From a virus (Duplodnaviria; Caudoviricetes), in IMG/VR virus record IMGVR_UViG_3300023174_000187, positions 1 to 59,318 of that record: a DNA stretch of 59,318 bases, one strand, 5' to 3'. Position numbers and translations under genes: made by a program. Below, piece after piece: positions 27,823 through 38,649 of the stretch; positions within the stretch are counted from its first letter, which is position 1, and every line of letters begins with the position of its first letter. The notes below the pieces were generated by a model. That model was not told where the DNA came from. It made no database searches and worked only from the letters and a program-made list of their open reading frames with translations.

Positions 27823-28377
27823 ATGACCACAATAGTTGCAGTCCAGTTAGATAACAAGGTGGTATTCGGCGCAGATAGTCAAGTAACAGCACCTAATGGA
27901 CGACGATTCAGTCACCCGCAGATGGTCAAAATTAGCAAGGTCGGTCAATACTTAGTTGCAGGTTCAGGTGAATGTGCGCCTTGCGATATTGCACAGCATC
28001 TTTGGATTCCACCTAAGCCACTAACCGCAGATTGGGATGACCTTTATCATTTTATGATTTCAAAAGTAGTTCCATCGTTGAAGGCTTGTTTCAAAGATAA
28101 TGAATACAAGTGGAATGAATCAGATGATGACGAAAGCAAGTTTTCATTTCTCATTGCTATTGGGGGAGAAGTTTTTGAATTAGCGGATGATATGTCTATT
28201 ACTCTTGACGAGCGTGGTTACTATGGAGTAGGAAGTGGTTCAAGTTATGCCATCGGTGCTTTGTATGCAGGAGCAACAATCGGAGAAGCACTAAAGATAG
28301 CCTCATCCAATGATGTTTATACAAGTGAGCCGTTCATGTTTCAAGAACAGGTGAAAAGAAAAAAACGCGTGGTCTAA
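27823..28377 (+). CDS. Ntn-hydrolase, proteasome-beta/HslV-like peptidase
   Basis: MTTIVAV...GADSQVT; GSGSSYAIGAL; D.YTS. Confidence 0.85.
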   Translation: MTTIVAVQLDNKVVFGADSQVTAPNGRRFSHPQMVKISKVGQYLVAGSGECAPCDIAQHLWIPPKPLTADWDDLYHFMISKVVPSLKACFKDNEYKWNESDDDESKFSFLIAIGGEVFELADDMSITLDERGYYGVGSGSSYAIGALYAGATIGEALKIASSNDVYTSEPFMFQEQVKRKKRVV

Positions 28378-28465
28378 ATCACATAAACAAATTGTCTAAC
28401 TAATTGACTTCAAGTATGCAGGTGGCATGATTTGTCTTGTCGGAATCGCCGATTCCACAGGGAGG
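28368..28465 (+). promoter_or_regulatory. Early promoter cassette 1
   Basis: CGTGG-N6-TCACA; TTGACT 28404; TGgCATGAT; hairpin GGAATC/GATTCC; AGGGAGG. Confidence 0.8.
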
Positions 28466-28470
28466 CAAAA

Positions 28471-28920
28471 ATGCAAAACGAATTACAGGTACGAATCAAT
28501 AGTTACGCAGACGCGCTAACTCAACAGTTCCACGCTAACAACGGCGAATGGGCGCAAAGACGCAAGTTCATCGCACAAACCCCAAAGGGTTCACAGAAGT
28601 ACATCCGAATCGTCGAGGATGATGGTAATGGTCGCGGAGCGTCAGTACATTGCTTCATCAACTTAGAAACAGGTGGAGTTCACAAGTCAGCCAGTTGGCA
28701 ATCACCAGCCCGAGGTCGTGACGGCAAAGTTTATCCAGCAAAGTTCAATTTGCTAGATGATGAATCATTCGCAGCGTTGCTTTACAACCTTGAAAGTTGT
28801 GGCGGGTATCTATACGCAGATTACAAAATAAGAAAACCGTTAGTTGATAACGGAGTCACATTGTTAGATTCCGCAAAGTACATGGCTTCATTCGTTCCCG
28901 AGATGGGGGAGTCAATCTAA
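28471..28920 (+). CDS. Hypothetical early protein
   Basis: Start follows the cassette RBS; KYIRIV..SVHCFI...G.V.K.ASW..PA. Confidence 0.75.
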   Translation: MQNELQVRINSYADALTQQFHANNGEWAQRRKFIAQTPKGSQKYIRIVEDDGNGRGASVHCFINLETGGVHKSASWQSPARGRDGKVYPAKFNLLDDESFAALLYNLESCGGYLYADYKIRKPLVDNGVTLLDSAKYMASFVPEMGESI

Positions 28921-29288
28921 TGAAAACAAAAATCACAGTAGGTTGGGTCGCGTTTGCCCACCAAGCAGAATCGCTCAAAGCAGCAGGTCGAATCCCCGAT
29001 GCAAAGTTGACATTTGAAACCGAGATTCCACCAGCAATGTTTGATACAGAAATTCTCGAATTGTTATTCGAGCAGACAAACCTTTATGCGGGCGATGTTT
29101 GGGAAAAACATTTCAAGGACAAGATGCCCGAGAATCGCAGTCACACCGCGCTATCAGTAGGAGATTGCGTGACTATCGAAAGAAACGAAGATAAAAGCAT
29201 TTACATTTGCTTGGATATGGGTTGGGAGTTGCTCGCGTTTAGTAATGCGTGGGTGGACGAAGTTACTCGACTCAAGGCGGTCAAATAA
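28920..29288 (+). CDS. YodL-like domain protein
   Basis: E.LF...N...P...H..LSVGD.V...GW. Confidence 0.55.
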   Translation: MKTKITVGWVAFAHQAESLKAAGRIPDAKLTFETEIPPAMFDTEILELLFEQTNLYAGDVWEKHFKDKMPENRSHTALSVGDCVTIERNEDKSIYICLDMGWELLAFSNAWVDEVTRLKAVK

Positions 29289-29651
29289 TGGCAAAGAAGC
29301 ATTGGTATTTAGTGACAATGATTGCTGAAAAAACAGTTCGCGTTTATGCAGAAGATGAACAAGATGCAAAAGATAAAGCAGATGCAAAACATCAACCATT
29401 GTGGAACGCAGAAACAGCGGATATAGAAGGAAGATGGGGAAAAAGAAATGGCTAAACCTCTAGTTAGTTCCGTCAAAGAATGGTTCGTGGAGTTCGATTC
29501 AGACTTGGTAAAGGTCGAATGGGACGGAAACGACTATTGGCGGGTAAAACCCTCAGGAAAGCGAGCGCAATACTTCTACGGAGAATCCGCATGGATGGAT
29601 GCAAGGCGGACAGCAGCGGATATTGACTTCAAAGCGTGGAGTATCGCTTGA
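29288..29651 (+). CDS. Two small hypothetical genes (29288-29455, 29448-29651)
   Basis: Translationally coupled ORFs. Confidence 0.6.
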
Positions 29652-29867
29652 TTGCGTATGTAGTAATAGGGTTAGTTCTTTTTATGGATTTTGTAGCAAT
29701 ATGTTTAGCGATTTACGGACTAGGAATGGCGAAAGGTTGGTGGGAATAATGACAATCAAACAAGTCAAGTTCGATTTGTGCGAGATATGCGAATCCAATC
29801 CAAAAGAAAACCCTGAGGGCAAATGGTGTACCTCATGCAAAGATGATTTCAAAGAAAGCGACGATTA

Positions 29868-29969
29868 GGTGACCTAAATCACACAATCATTTAGTCAAAA
29901 CATTTGACTATTTAGTTGGTGGTGGAAGAATAAGTCTTGTCGGAAAACATCCGATATTAGTCAGGGAGG
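29868..29969 (+). promoter_or_regulatory. Early promoter cassette 2
   Basis: GGTGA-N6-TCACA; TTGACT 29904; TGgAAGAAT; hairpin TCGGA/TCCGA; AGGGAGG. Confidence 0.8.
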
Positions 29970-29974
29970 CTAAG

Positions 29975-30220
29975 ATGGAAAACTCACTTCACAAGCAAGC
30001 ACTAAAAGCATATAAATCGCTAGTTTTGATTGCAGCAAAAAACAAGGCGGGCGAACTTCAATTCGCGTCAGACATTCAGGCACAAGCCTTTGCTATCTCT
30101 TACAAAGACTTGCGCGAAATGCTCGACTATGTAGCAACAGGCGACGAAGATATCGTGCGCAAGATTTACGCAAAGAAAATTGTTGAACGCTCTAAGTATT
30201 GGGTCGAAAAGGTAGCGTAA
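29975..30220 (+). CDS. Hypothetical early protein
   Basis: Follows the cassette RBS. Confidence 0.75.
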   Translation: MENSLHKQALKAYKSLVLIAAKNKAGELQFASDIQAQAFAISYKDLREMLDYVATGDEDIVRKIYAKKIVERSKYWVEKVA

Positions 30221-30870
30221 TGACAACCGATTCAATGGAGTTGATTCGCCAGTTGCAAGCGTCAATGAACGAATCACTCCATCCCGACCTAGTTCCATTC
30301 ATGGAGGATGGCGCACTAGGAAAGCAGTTGCGTCACCCGTTGGTCTATTTAGTTCCAATGTGGGATAACGGACGAGCCAATGCTTACTATGAGCAAAAGG
30401 TCAAGGATTCAAGCCAAGCGTTACAGGAAAAGCGATTCAACAGTTTCATTTATTTGCATGAACGCCCATATCGCCTAGATGCCTTCATTCAGGTAGCAGA
30501 CCAGTTGACCGACACCGAATACTGGAAGTTGTTAGGTTGCATTTGGACGGATACTGAAAACCAATGGCAGAATCTCGACAAGTGGGACGAGTTGCTCAAT
30601 AGCGACCGACCAAGCAAGAATTATTTGATGAACGAGGAGGAGGACAATTTTCTTAGGTCGCTTCCCGATAAGGTAGTTGTTTATCGCGGATGTCAAAAAG
30701 GACAGAATGAAAACGGTCTCTCTTGGTCGCTAAAGCGCGACAAAGCGGAGTTCTTCGCTAACCGACTAGGAAAGCGTGGAATCGTCTTACAAAGGACGAT
30801 AAGCAAGGAACAGATAGTCGCCGTATTTTTAGGGCGCAATGAATGGGAGGTTGTATGGAAACCAAGTTAG
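30220..30870 (+). CDS. Putative ADP-ribosyltransferase-fold protein
   Basis: VYRG, SWS..R..A..FA, EWEV (R-S-E pattern). Confidence 0.55.
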   Translation: MTTDSMELIRQLQASMNESLHPDLVPFMEDGALGKQLRHPLVYLVPMWDNGRANAYYEQKVKDSSQALQEKRFNSFIYLHERPYRLDAFIQVADQLTDTEYWKLLGCIWTDTENQWQNLDKWDELLNSDRPSKNYLMNEEEDNFLRSLPDKVVVYRGCQKGQNENGLSWSLKRDKAEFFANRLGKRGIVLQRTISKEQIVAVFLGRNEWEVVWKPS

Positions 30871-31384
30871 TAAGTGCAGTAGTAGCAGAATATGTTGAAA
30901 AGCGAGAGAAAGACCATCACTACGAAGCAGATGCAGCGCACCGCGAACCATCAGTAGCCGAGTTTTACAATCGTGAAGCGTGGAAATGGCACAACATAGG
31001 AGCAGAAATTGTTGAACACCTAAAGAAACAGGGGTTGTAATGTCCGAGTTGATACCGCTTGAATCCGAAGCAGCCGAAAAAATCTTGTCAGATATGTTTG
31101 GACGCATGGTCACATTTGGCGCAGATTCAGTCAAACCAAACAAGCCTAGTTATGAACTCCACTTCGCCATCAAAGCAGTTGTTTGGGACGACGGGTCGGT
31201 TAGTTGGGAACACGCTGGAGAAATGTATGAATCCTCTTATCCCAATGGTGTTGTTTGGGACTGCAACAAGCAAGAATGGGATTACTACCGCGAGAACAAC
31301 GAATCAATGGAGTCTAAATGCCACAATCAGATTTCAGACATGATGGCGAATATGCGGTATTGGAAAGCAGAACAAGAAAAGTGA
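30855..31384 (+). CDS. Two hypothetical genes (30855-31040, 31040-31384)
   Basis: GGGAGG RBS and TAATG coupling. Confidence 0.65.
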
Positions 31385-31388
31385 AACG

Positions 31389-31486
31389 CGTGACGCAAAT
31401 CACACAAACTTTATAGCAAAACATTTGACAACACACGCGCAGAATGGAAATGTAGGACTTGTCGGAAAACCAACGCCTAAGGGAGG
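31389..31486 (+). promoter_or_regulatory. Early promoter cassette 3
   Basis: CGTGA-N6-TCACA; TTGACA 31425; TGgAAATGT; AGGGAGG. Confidence 0.8.
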
Positions 31487-31492
31487 CAAAAA

Positions 31493-31741
31493 ATGATAGT
31501 TTCAGTTACAGGTTCAGTTCTTCATTCAATCCTAAATTCAATCCAATCTCCACGCCGAGTTCTTGATATCGGTGCAGGATTCACAAAAAGAGAGGGTGTT
31601 TACACCTTCCTTGTGAGTGGCAAAGCCTCTCGCGTTCCTTATATTCAAGGCTTGCTCAAAGAAGCGGGCTACATCATCATTTCAGACAGCGAGGAATGGT
31701 CTCGCAACGAGCATCGCTTCTATATCAAGGAGGCAGCGTAA
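31493..31741 (+). CDS. Hypothetical early protein
   Basis: Follows the cassette RBS. Confidence 0.7.
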   Translation: MIVSVTGSVLHSILNSIQSPRRVLDIGAGFTKREGVYTFLVSGKASRVPYIQGLLKEAGYIIISDSEEWSRNEHRFYIKEAA

Positions 31742-32640
31742 TGCGCACCGATATTCACCGCCCAAGTGCGCCCGAGTTTGACCCTCAGGCTTACGATTGC
31801 TACGGAGTGTTTGATTTAGCACCCGAGTTCGGAGGCGAAGCCGAGACAAAGGCTCGCGTCCAAATGGTAGCCAGCCTAGTTGATAAAGGCTACAAGTTCG
31901 GTTCAACAAATAGCGGTGGATGCGGTCATTGCGGAGCAAATCTTAGATACGCTGCTTTGATGGCTCGCGAAGATGTCAAGGAATTGATATATGTAGGCGA
32001 AACTTGCTTGGATAACCGATTCTCATTATCAAAGGAATTGTTCCAACAGTTGCGCTCGCAAGCAAAGTTGAACAAAGACCGCGAAGTGAAAGGCGTAAGA
32101 AAAGCGCAGTTCATCGCCGATAATGTAGAAGTTCAAGAACTTATCGCTTATGAAAACCAAGTAGATGCGATGCCACAATTTCTAATGTCTTTGTTATTCC
32201 AGTTGGAACAGTATGGGGAACTTAGTGCAAAGCAAGTAGCGTCCATCCGTCCAGCAATTGAACGCGACCGCGAACAAGTTGCACAAGCCAAGATTCGCGA
32301 AGCAGAACGCCAAGCCCTAATTGCTAAGGGAGTAGTTGCTCCCGAAGGTAAAGTGACCGTGGTTGGCGAAGTTATCGCGCAGAAGTGGCAGGAAAACGAT
32401 TTCGGCGGAGTAATGAAAATGTTAGTTCAAGCCGAAGAAGGTTACAAAGTTTGGGTAACTCGCCCGAATTCAATCTTCAACACAGAAGTAGGTGACAAAA
32501 TCCAATTCAATGCGACATTGACACAATCTCGCGAGGATGTTTTATTTGCTTACGGTAAATCACCAAGCAAAGCAGTGATTCTCGTAGAAGCACCAGTTGA
32601 GGGTCGCGCAATATCAATCAGGGAGGAAATAGCAAAATGA
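31741..32640 (+). CDS. Zn-knuckle plus C-terminal OB-fold-like protein
   Basis: CGHCG...GETC; VVGEV...GDKI.F.ATL. Confidence 0.65.
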   Translation: MRTDIHRPSAPEFDPQAYDCYGVFDLAPEFGGEAETKARVQMVASLVDKGYKFGSTNSGGCGHCGANLRYAALMAREDVKELIYVGETCLDNRFSLSKELFQQLRSQAKLNKDREVKGVRKAQFIADNVEVQELIAYENQVDAMPQFLMSLLFQLEQYGELSAKQVASIRPAIERDREQVAQAKIREAERQALIAKGVVAPEGKVTVVGEVIAQKWQENDFGGVMKMLVQAEEGYKVWVTRPNSIFNTEVGDKIQFNATLTQSREDVLFAYGKSPSKAVILVEAPVEGRAISIREEIAK

Positions 32641-33895
32641 CAATGCAATGGGACGAATACCTAAAGGTTCGCCAGTTTTATCAGACGCGTGGGCGCGAAG
32701 AACTAGAAAAAGGCAACATCGCAGAGTGCGATTACATGGTCGGTGTAGTGCGAGGTCTTGACCTTGCAATGGGCGTGTCATACGAGGTAAATAAGGAGGC
32801 AATCAAGTGAGTGACTTCATTACACCCGAGGACGAGCAGGAACTAGCCTCATTAGAAGTCCTATGGCGCGAAACCATCACCTCTATGGAAAAGGAGTTGA
32901 ACGATGCCTCAATTGAAACTCTTGATTGATGTTCCTGAAAGTAAAGACCAAGAAACTGTGATTGACTACCTCAATTGCGTCGCGCTTTGTAAATTGGAAG
33001 AAGATTTGCATGAAATCACAGGTTGGGAATGGGTGCGTAGTGACGAAGTATGTTAGTTGGGCGCAGGTCTATCTAGGTAGTCAGCGACATAAGTGCGATT
33101 GCAAGAAGGGTCTCGCAGTATTTGTAGTAAATGGCAGGTCAGATAATCTCACCCGAACCAAGACCTCTTATGCGTGTCTCGTTTGCATAGGGGATGTTCT
33201 ATTGAGACAGGAGTGGAAATGAGTGATGAAAAGCGTCTAGTTATGGCATTTCGTGGACAGCAATTGGACATCTTGTATGGTCCAACAGATTTAGTCGTTG
33301 AAGTGAGAGACTATGACCACGATTTGCCCGAAGATGACACAAGGGTATTGAAAGACATCAATGGTTCGACATTTCGAGCCTTCATATTCAAAGCCGACAA
33401 AGAAGTGGAAGTAGCAGATGAGTAAGCACCATGCAGTTCTTATGTACGACTCGGAAACAAAGCAATGGTCGCACGATGTTGAGACAGAAAACGCAAAATT
33501 CCCCGATGGCACAATTTGGGACGATGCAAAAGAAGAATGGTATTCGGGCTATCTAGGAGATGGCGGATATGACCCAATTGATGACAGAATTATGGATTAT
33601 CTTCCCCACGGAATAGATGCCTTGAATATGCTTGACGGTGTGAGCCGAGGCGAAGAACTCAAACTAAAGGAGAGTGAAGATGATTGAAGTTGTAGTAACT
33701 TTGCTTGTTGTTGCGCAAGCAGCAACAGCCTACAAGTTGTGGTTGGCTAAAAAGGGAATCTTTGCTTTGTTTGGAATCATCAGTTCATTGTTAGATGTCA
33801 TGACAACCATGAACAAGATAGAGATATTGAAAAAAATGGAAACCAATGTCACCGATATAGAACAGGAATTCCGACGAATCATTGATTCGCTTTAG
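32637..33895 (+). CDS. Run of small coupled hypothetical genes (e.g. 32637-32810, 32807-32929, 33219-33425, 33418-33687, 33674-33895)
   Basis: Overlapping stop/start codons with GGAG RBSs; the last has a TM segment. Confidence 0.6.
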
Positions 33896-33998
33896 TGTGG
33901 CGCAAATCACAAAAACTTTATAGCAAAACATTTGACAATCGCTCAGGTGAATGGAAATGTAGTACTTGTCAACGAAACGCCCGTTTCGGACAGGGAGG
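33896..33998 (+). promoter_or_regulatory. Early promoter cassette 4
   Basis: TGTGG-N6-TCACA; TTGACA 33932; TGgAAATGT; hairpin CGAAACG/CGTTTCG; AGGGAGG. Confidence 0.8.
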
Positions 33999-34005
33999 CT
34001 TCAAA

Positions 34006-34428
34006 GTGAAATCAGTATCAGTTCAATTCGAGTCAGCAATGAAAGAAATTCGTAAAAACAAGGTAATGGCTCGTCGTAATGTTAGTTCTTGTTGCCGTTC
34101 ATGCGTGGATTTGAAAGTTGCGGACGACCAAGCAATCATTTGGCACTTTGGCGGTCAAGGTGGTCGTTTCGAAGTTGCAGCAGATGGCGCATACGAGCCA
34201 GGTTGGTCAACAACCAAAGTTGACGGTGTTTACTTCAACCACAACGCTATTGCAGGAACAGAAAAAGCAAAGATAGTCGAAGAAATCTTCGCAAAATACG
34301 AAATCGTCATTGATTGGGATGGAAGCGAATCAACTTGCATTTGGGTGGACTTCAAAGCAACAGCAAAAAACTTCAAGCACGAAGCAGGGATTATCTCAAT
34401 GAATACTCCAGATATGGTAATGGCGTAA
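34006..34428 (+). CDS. Hypothetical early protein
   Basis: GTG start after the cassette RBS; CCRSC; W.GS....I.V. Confidence 0.7.
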   Translation: MKSVSVQFESAMKEIRKNKVMARRNVSSCCRSCVDLKVADDQAIIWHFGGQGGRFEVAADGAYEPGWSTTKVDGVYFNHNAIAGTEKAKIVEEIFAKYEIVIDWDGSESTCIWVDFKATAKNFKHEAGIISMNTPDMVMA

Positions 34429-34504
34429 TGGTTTGCCCATATTGCAAAGGTAAAAAACCTTATTCAAAAATTTGCAAAACTTGTAAGATAGGAAAGAGGA
34501 AGTA

Positions 34505-35531
34505 ATGGCACACAGCAGATGTGAATGTTGTCCATTTGGAAACCATGATTACGGAATTCGAGTAGATAAGCGTCCAGCGGACATTGACTTGCTAATGACA
34601 GAAGGATTGCCAGCCACAACTTATGCGTGTGGATATATGGCGTTTGCAGGAACAGTCATCATGGTTGACAGATACACAAGCGGTAAGAAAAAAGGTCTAG
34701 TAAAGCGAATCACTATCGCAGATGCAGAACCGACTCCAACAGGAGATTGGGTCACAAGTTCAGACCCGAAGTATTGGGAAATATACGCAGTTGAAGAATT
34801 GACAGTATGCACTGGTCGCGATTGTGAGAAGTATCGAGATAAGTGTCCGTATTGCTCGGGCGAAAGGTTTTACTTCAAGAATCTCAACAGCGAGAATAAA
34901 CGAGTAGAAGGTTCATGGGGACGCGCCAGTTATGCGCAGATTGGACTAGGTTACCGAGAAGAATATAGAAACTATCAATCAGAACAGTACTTGTCAGGTT
35001 AGGGGGAAAATGTTAGAAACCTTAGAAGGCGAAGTTCGAGGGAAATCAGGGTCAGTTCACTATGCAGACCAAGAAATTCAACGACTGCACGAAAAGTATG
35101 GTTTGCCTTATCAAGCAGAAGGCGAAATTCAGTTAGCCTATGCGCTCGCGCACACGGGAGCATTGGGAATTCTAGTTGTAAGGCTAGACAGCGGGGAAAC
35201 GCTTTATGGACATAGTTATGACCATGCGTACACTCCAACAGAAATAGCAGGAATCAATCGCTCGAAGCGCGTAGTAGATGCGCTTTGGTTACCAAAATAG
35301 GAGAAGTAAATGGCATATGTAGTTATCGGGTCACACAAAGAAACAGGAACATTCAAGGTGGTTGGTTCGTTTTACCAAACAGCCCGAGCAGACCAAGCAG
35401 TGAAAGTATTGTCAGTTGCCGAACCTAATTGGGAATTCAGTTACAGCGATTTAGAAGATGGTGTTAGCGCATTGCAAAAAGCAAGAAAAGAAATACGACA
35501 AGAAAAGAGAAAACAAAAAAATGCTAGATAA
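34505..35531 (+). CDS. Three hypothetical genes (34505-35002 Cys-rich, 35010-35300, 35310-35531)
   Basis: Each ORF has an RBS. Confidence 0.6.
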
Positions 35532-36324
35532 GCCAAAAATTTTGCTCACCAGCAATTCCGAATTGCGTGAAGATGGAATCATGAATTGGACACTGCCAGC
35601 GTTTGCGGTCAAGTTAGATGATGGCAGAAATATAAATGTTTGCCCACAAGCAGGGGCTTGCGCAACGGTTTGTTATGCAAGAAATGGCACTTACTTGTTT
35701 CCAAATGTTATTGGTAAGCACAAGAAAAATCTTCAATTCATACTCGACGACCTTGAAGGATGGAAAGAAGCCATGTTGTTAGAGTTGAACAAAAAGAAAA
35801 TGCGACCAAGCGGAGAACCACGAAGCGTTCAAGGAGTTGACCCTGATTTGACCGACCCTTTCATAAAAGAATGGTTGGCAACAGGCGGTAAAACAGTCCG
35901 TATCCACGATTCAGGTGATTTCTTCTCAGATGAATATACGATTGCGTGGATGAAGATTGCAGAACAGGTTCCCGATGTTTTGTTTTATGCTTACACAAAG
36001 GAAGTAACCCGATTTCGCAATATAGTTGAAGGTAAAGCCCCAGTAAACTTTCGCTGGTTGTACTCAATGGGCGGAAAAGAAGATTACTTGGTCAAGTTAG
36101 AAGAAGAACGCCACGCAGATGTATTTCTCAGTTGGGATTCTATGGTCGAAGCGGGTTATGTTGACCAGTCAGCGTCAGACCTTCAAGCAATTCTTCTCCC
36201 AAGCGTCAAGATTGGTATTCCAGCAAACAACATTCCACATTTCAAAAAGAAAATGAATGGTGGCACATTCGCAAGTCTTCAAAAAGACCGTGACGATGCA
36301 AAAGCAAGAAAGTTAGAAGCGTGA
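35521..36324 (+). CDS. GP88-like (radical-SAM-like Fe-S) protein
   Basis: CPQAGACATVCYA, RIHDSGDFFS, FYAYTK. Confidence 0.75.
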   Translation: MLDKPKILLTSNSELREDGIMNWTLPAFAVKLDDGRNINVCPQAGACATVCYARNGTYLFPNVIGKHKKNLQFILDDLEGWKEAMLLELNKKKMRPSGEPRSVQGVDPDLTDPFIKEWLATGGKTVRIHDSGDFFSDEYTIAWMKIAEQVPDVLFYAYTKEVTRFRNIVEGKAPVNFRWLYSMGGKEDYLVKLEEERHADVFLSWDSMVEAGYVDQSASDLQAILLPSVKIGIPANNIPHFKKKMNGGTFASLQKDRDDAKARKLEA

Positions 36325-36424
36325 CGCAAATCACACAAACTTTATAGCAAAACATTTGACAACAAGTTTCGTGAATGGAAATGTATGTCTTGTAAACGGA
36401 ATCGCCCGATTCCACAAAGGGAGG
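36320..36424 (+). promoter_or_regulatory. Early promoter cassette 5
   Basis: 46 bp identical to cassette 3; TTGACA 36356; hairpin GGAATCG/CGATTCC; AGGGAGG. Confidence 0.85.
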
Positions 36425-36431
36425 CAAGAAA

Positions 36432-36987
36432 ATGGAAATCACAAATTGCGAACACAGTTGGATTTACTTCAAAGAAGGTATTGGAACTCAGTACCGTTGC
36501 ACCAGTTGTAACAAGGGATTCTTCGACGCAGAATCAGTAGTGACACCCCGCAAAGGTTGGGTCGAGGTATTCAGCCTCAAGGAAATGACTTACACATTGA
36601 TTGACCCAAAGGTGGAGGTCAAGTAATGAAAACTCTTAGCGAAGCAACAGCAAAGGAAATCCTAGACAGGATTGATTACTTAGACCGCGAGTTTTGGAAG
36701 GTCACTCCAGCCGAGCGTCCATTTGTAGCCGAAGCAATCTCAATACTTGTTCAGGCTCACCAAAGAAAACTAAAGGAGGTCAAGTAATGTCAGTTAGATA
36801 CGGAGATTGTCAGAAAAAACATTCTGAACGATTCATCAAGCAAGCCATCCGTGGATGGGCAAAAGAGCGCGAAAGTTTCGATGGTATCAAGCGTTCAAAA
36901 GCAGAAATAGAAGAAATTGTAAAAGACCAGTTTTCTTCAATCACTGGTGAGGATGCGTGTAACTGGCTTTCATGCGAGAAGAATTAG
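36432..36987 (+). CDS. Small hypothetical genes (36432-36626 Zn-ribbon-like; two more to 36987)
   Basis: GGAGG RBSs and TAATG coupling. Confidence 0.6.
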
Positions 36988-37094
36988 TGTGGTACAAATC
37001 ACACAAACTTTTAGCAAATAAACTTTACATCAAGTTTGATGGCTGAAAGGATTGTATTTGTAAACGAAATCATCCGATTTCACAAACAGGGAGG
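36988..37094 (+). promoter_or_regulatory. Early promoter cassette 6
   Basis: TGTGG-N6-TCACA; TTTACA 37024; TGaAAGGAT; hairpin GAAATC/GATTTC; AGGGAGG. Confidence 0.8.
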
Positions 37095-37101
37095 CAACAA
37101 A

Positions 37102-38649
37102 ATGGACATCGCAGGATACAGAGTTAGATTCACAAACTGGAAGAACGGACAAGATGAGTTTTTCTTTCAGAACAAGGAAGATGCTAAAAACTTTTCAGCC
37201 AAGTACGAGGCTTACAGATACAAAGCCGTAATTGAAACAATTTACTTTCAAGAGGTTGTTGCGTAATGTTTGAATACAAAATCTTTTACCCAGTCATAGG
37301 TGGGGGTAAGTATCACACTTGCGACAGCATCACCAGCGTTGCTACTTGCGGGAACTTCGTAGTTGACCAGCGCAACGAGGTTTCAATTCATGTGCAAGGC
37401 GATGCAGATTACAGCAAAGTTCATCCAATGGTATGTAAGCGTTGCTTACTAAAGAAATAGGGAGGCAGTAAATGTTAGTTCGAGTTCAAGCAAAAAACGA
37501 TTCAAATGGAAATCCGCGCCGAGGTTGGATTCAGTTTTCAAGCGACGGTAGTTTTCTTCAATTCATTGACGAGGGCTATCAAGGCAGGGGCGCAATTGCT
37601 GAATTTGTCAAATGGGGCGAGGCAGACACAATCGCCATCACTATCGAGGCAAGCGAATACAAGCGATTCAAAAAACTAGGGGAGGCAAAGTGAACGAGTT
37701 CGAGAAAGCAAGAACGGAACTAATTGCTAGTTTCATAGAAACAGGTTACACAGAAGAACAAGCGACCGAGACGGTCAACAAATTGTTTGGAGTTATCAAA
37801 TGACAAAGCGTCCGTGGTACGAGCAATTGACAACCCGAGGTTGGGTAGTTTTGATTGGATTCGGAGTAGCAGTTATTTTCGGATTGATGATGTGGTGGGG
37901 AGACAGAATGGTTATTTGCGATTGGCGCGGTGGCTATGAACCATGCAAAATCGAACGATTCGGCGATGTAGTAGATGGGTGGAGTAAATGAGTTACGAAC
38001 GCAAAATTGGTAAGTTTTACATTTCAGCAGGTTGGAAAAATGGATTCGGAATCGGTTTCTCAATAGACAAGTACACAATGTTTGTTGAGATTGGGATTAT
38101 TTGGGTCGGATTGGAGTATTGATGGGCAGTAGTTATATTGCTGGATTCTTAGACCACTTAGGTGATGGAGATTTAGCCCTCAAACAAGCGGTGACAATCC
38201 AGTTGAAAGGCAATCATTTCCCCGCAATACATAGCGATTGGATAGAAGTTGCTATCAAAGCAATCAAAGTCGTCGAAGCAGACCCCGAAGGCGATTCGGG
38301 ATGGGGCGATATAAAACGCCCTGACAAATTTGTCAAAGACGGTAAGACCGATATAAGCGTTTCTGAGGTTATGGATGGACTGCACCTTTGGGACTTAGTG
38401 AGGGTAGAACGCTAATTGTCAGACCGTGTTGGTAAGTTCATCAAACAAAGAAATCGCGAACCAAGATGGGTGATTGTTCATAAGTTCAAGAAAACAGATT
38501 GGGGCGAAATCATTCTTTGGTCGAAGGCTTTAGGTTGGACACTCCAACCTGAACACGATGTTTTCAAAGATGAGCAAAAAGGTATAGTCCCGCTTCCCGA
38601 CGACGGGAAATGGGTCAAAGAGGACGAAGTAATGGAGCGAATCAAATGA
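37102..38649 (+). CDS. Run of small hypothetical genes (37102-37266, 37266-37460, 37472-37693, 37800-37991 TM, ~38122-38415, 38416-38649)
   Basis: RBSs and coupled starts. Confidence 0.6.

Noticed and set aside
33895-34005. ORF-track N-terminal extensions (also 28432, 37036, 15798, 17035, 18756, 27109, 48563)
   Set aside because: They run through promoters or upstream genes; better starts with RBS or coupling lie downstream
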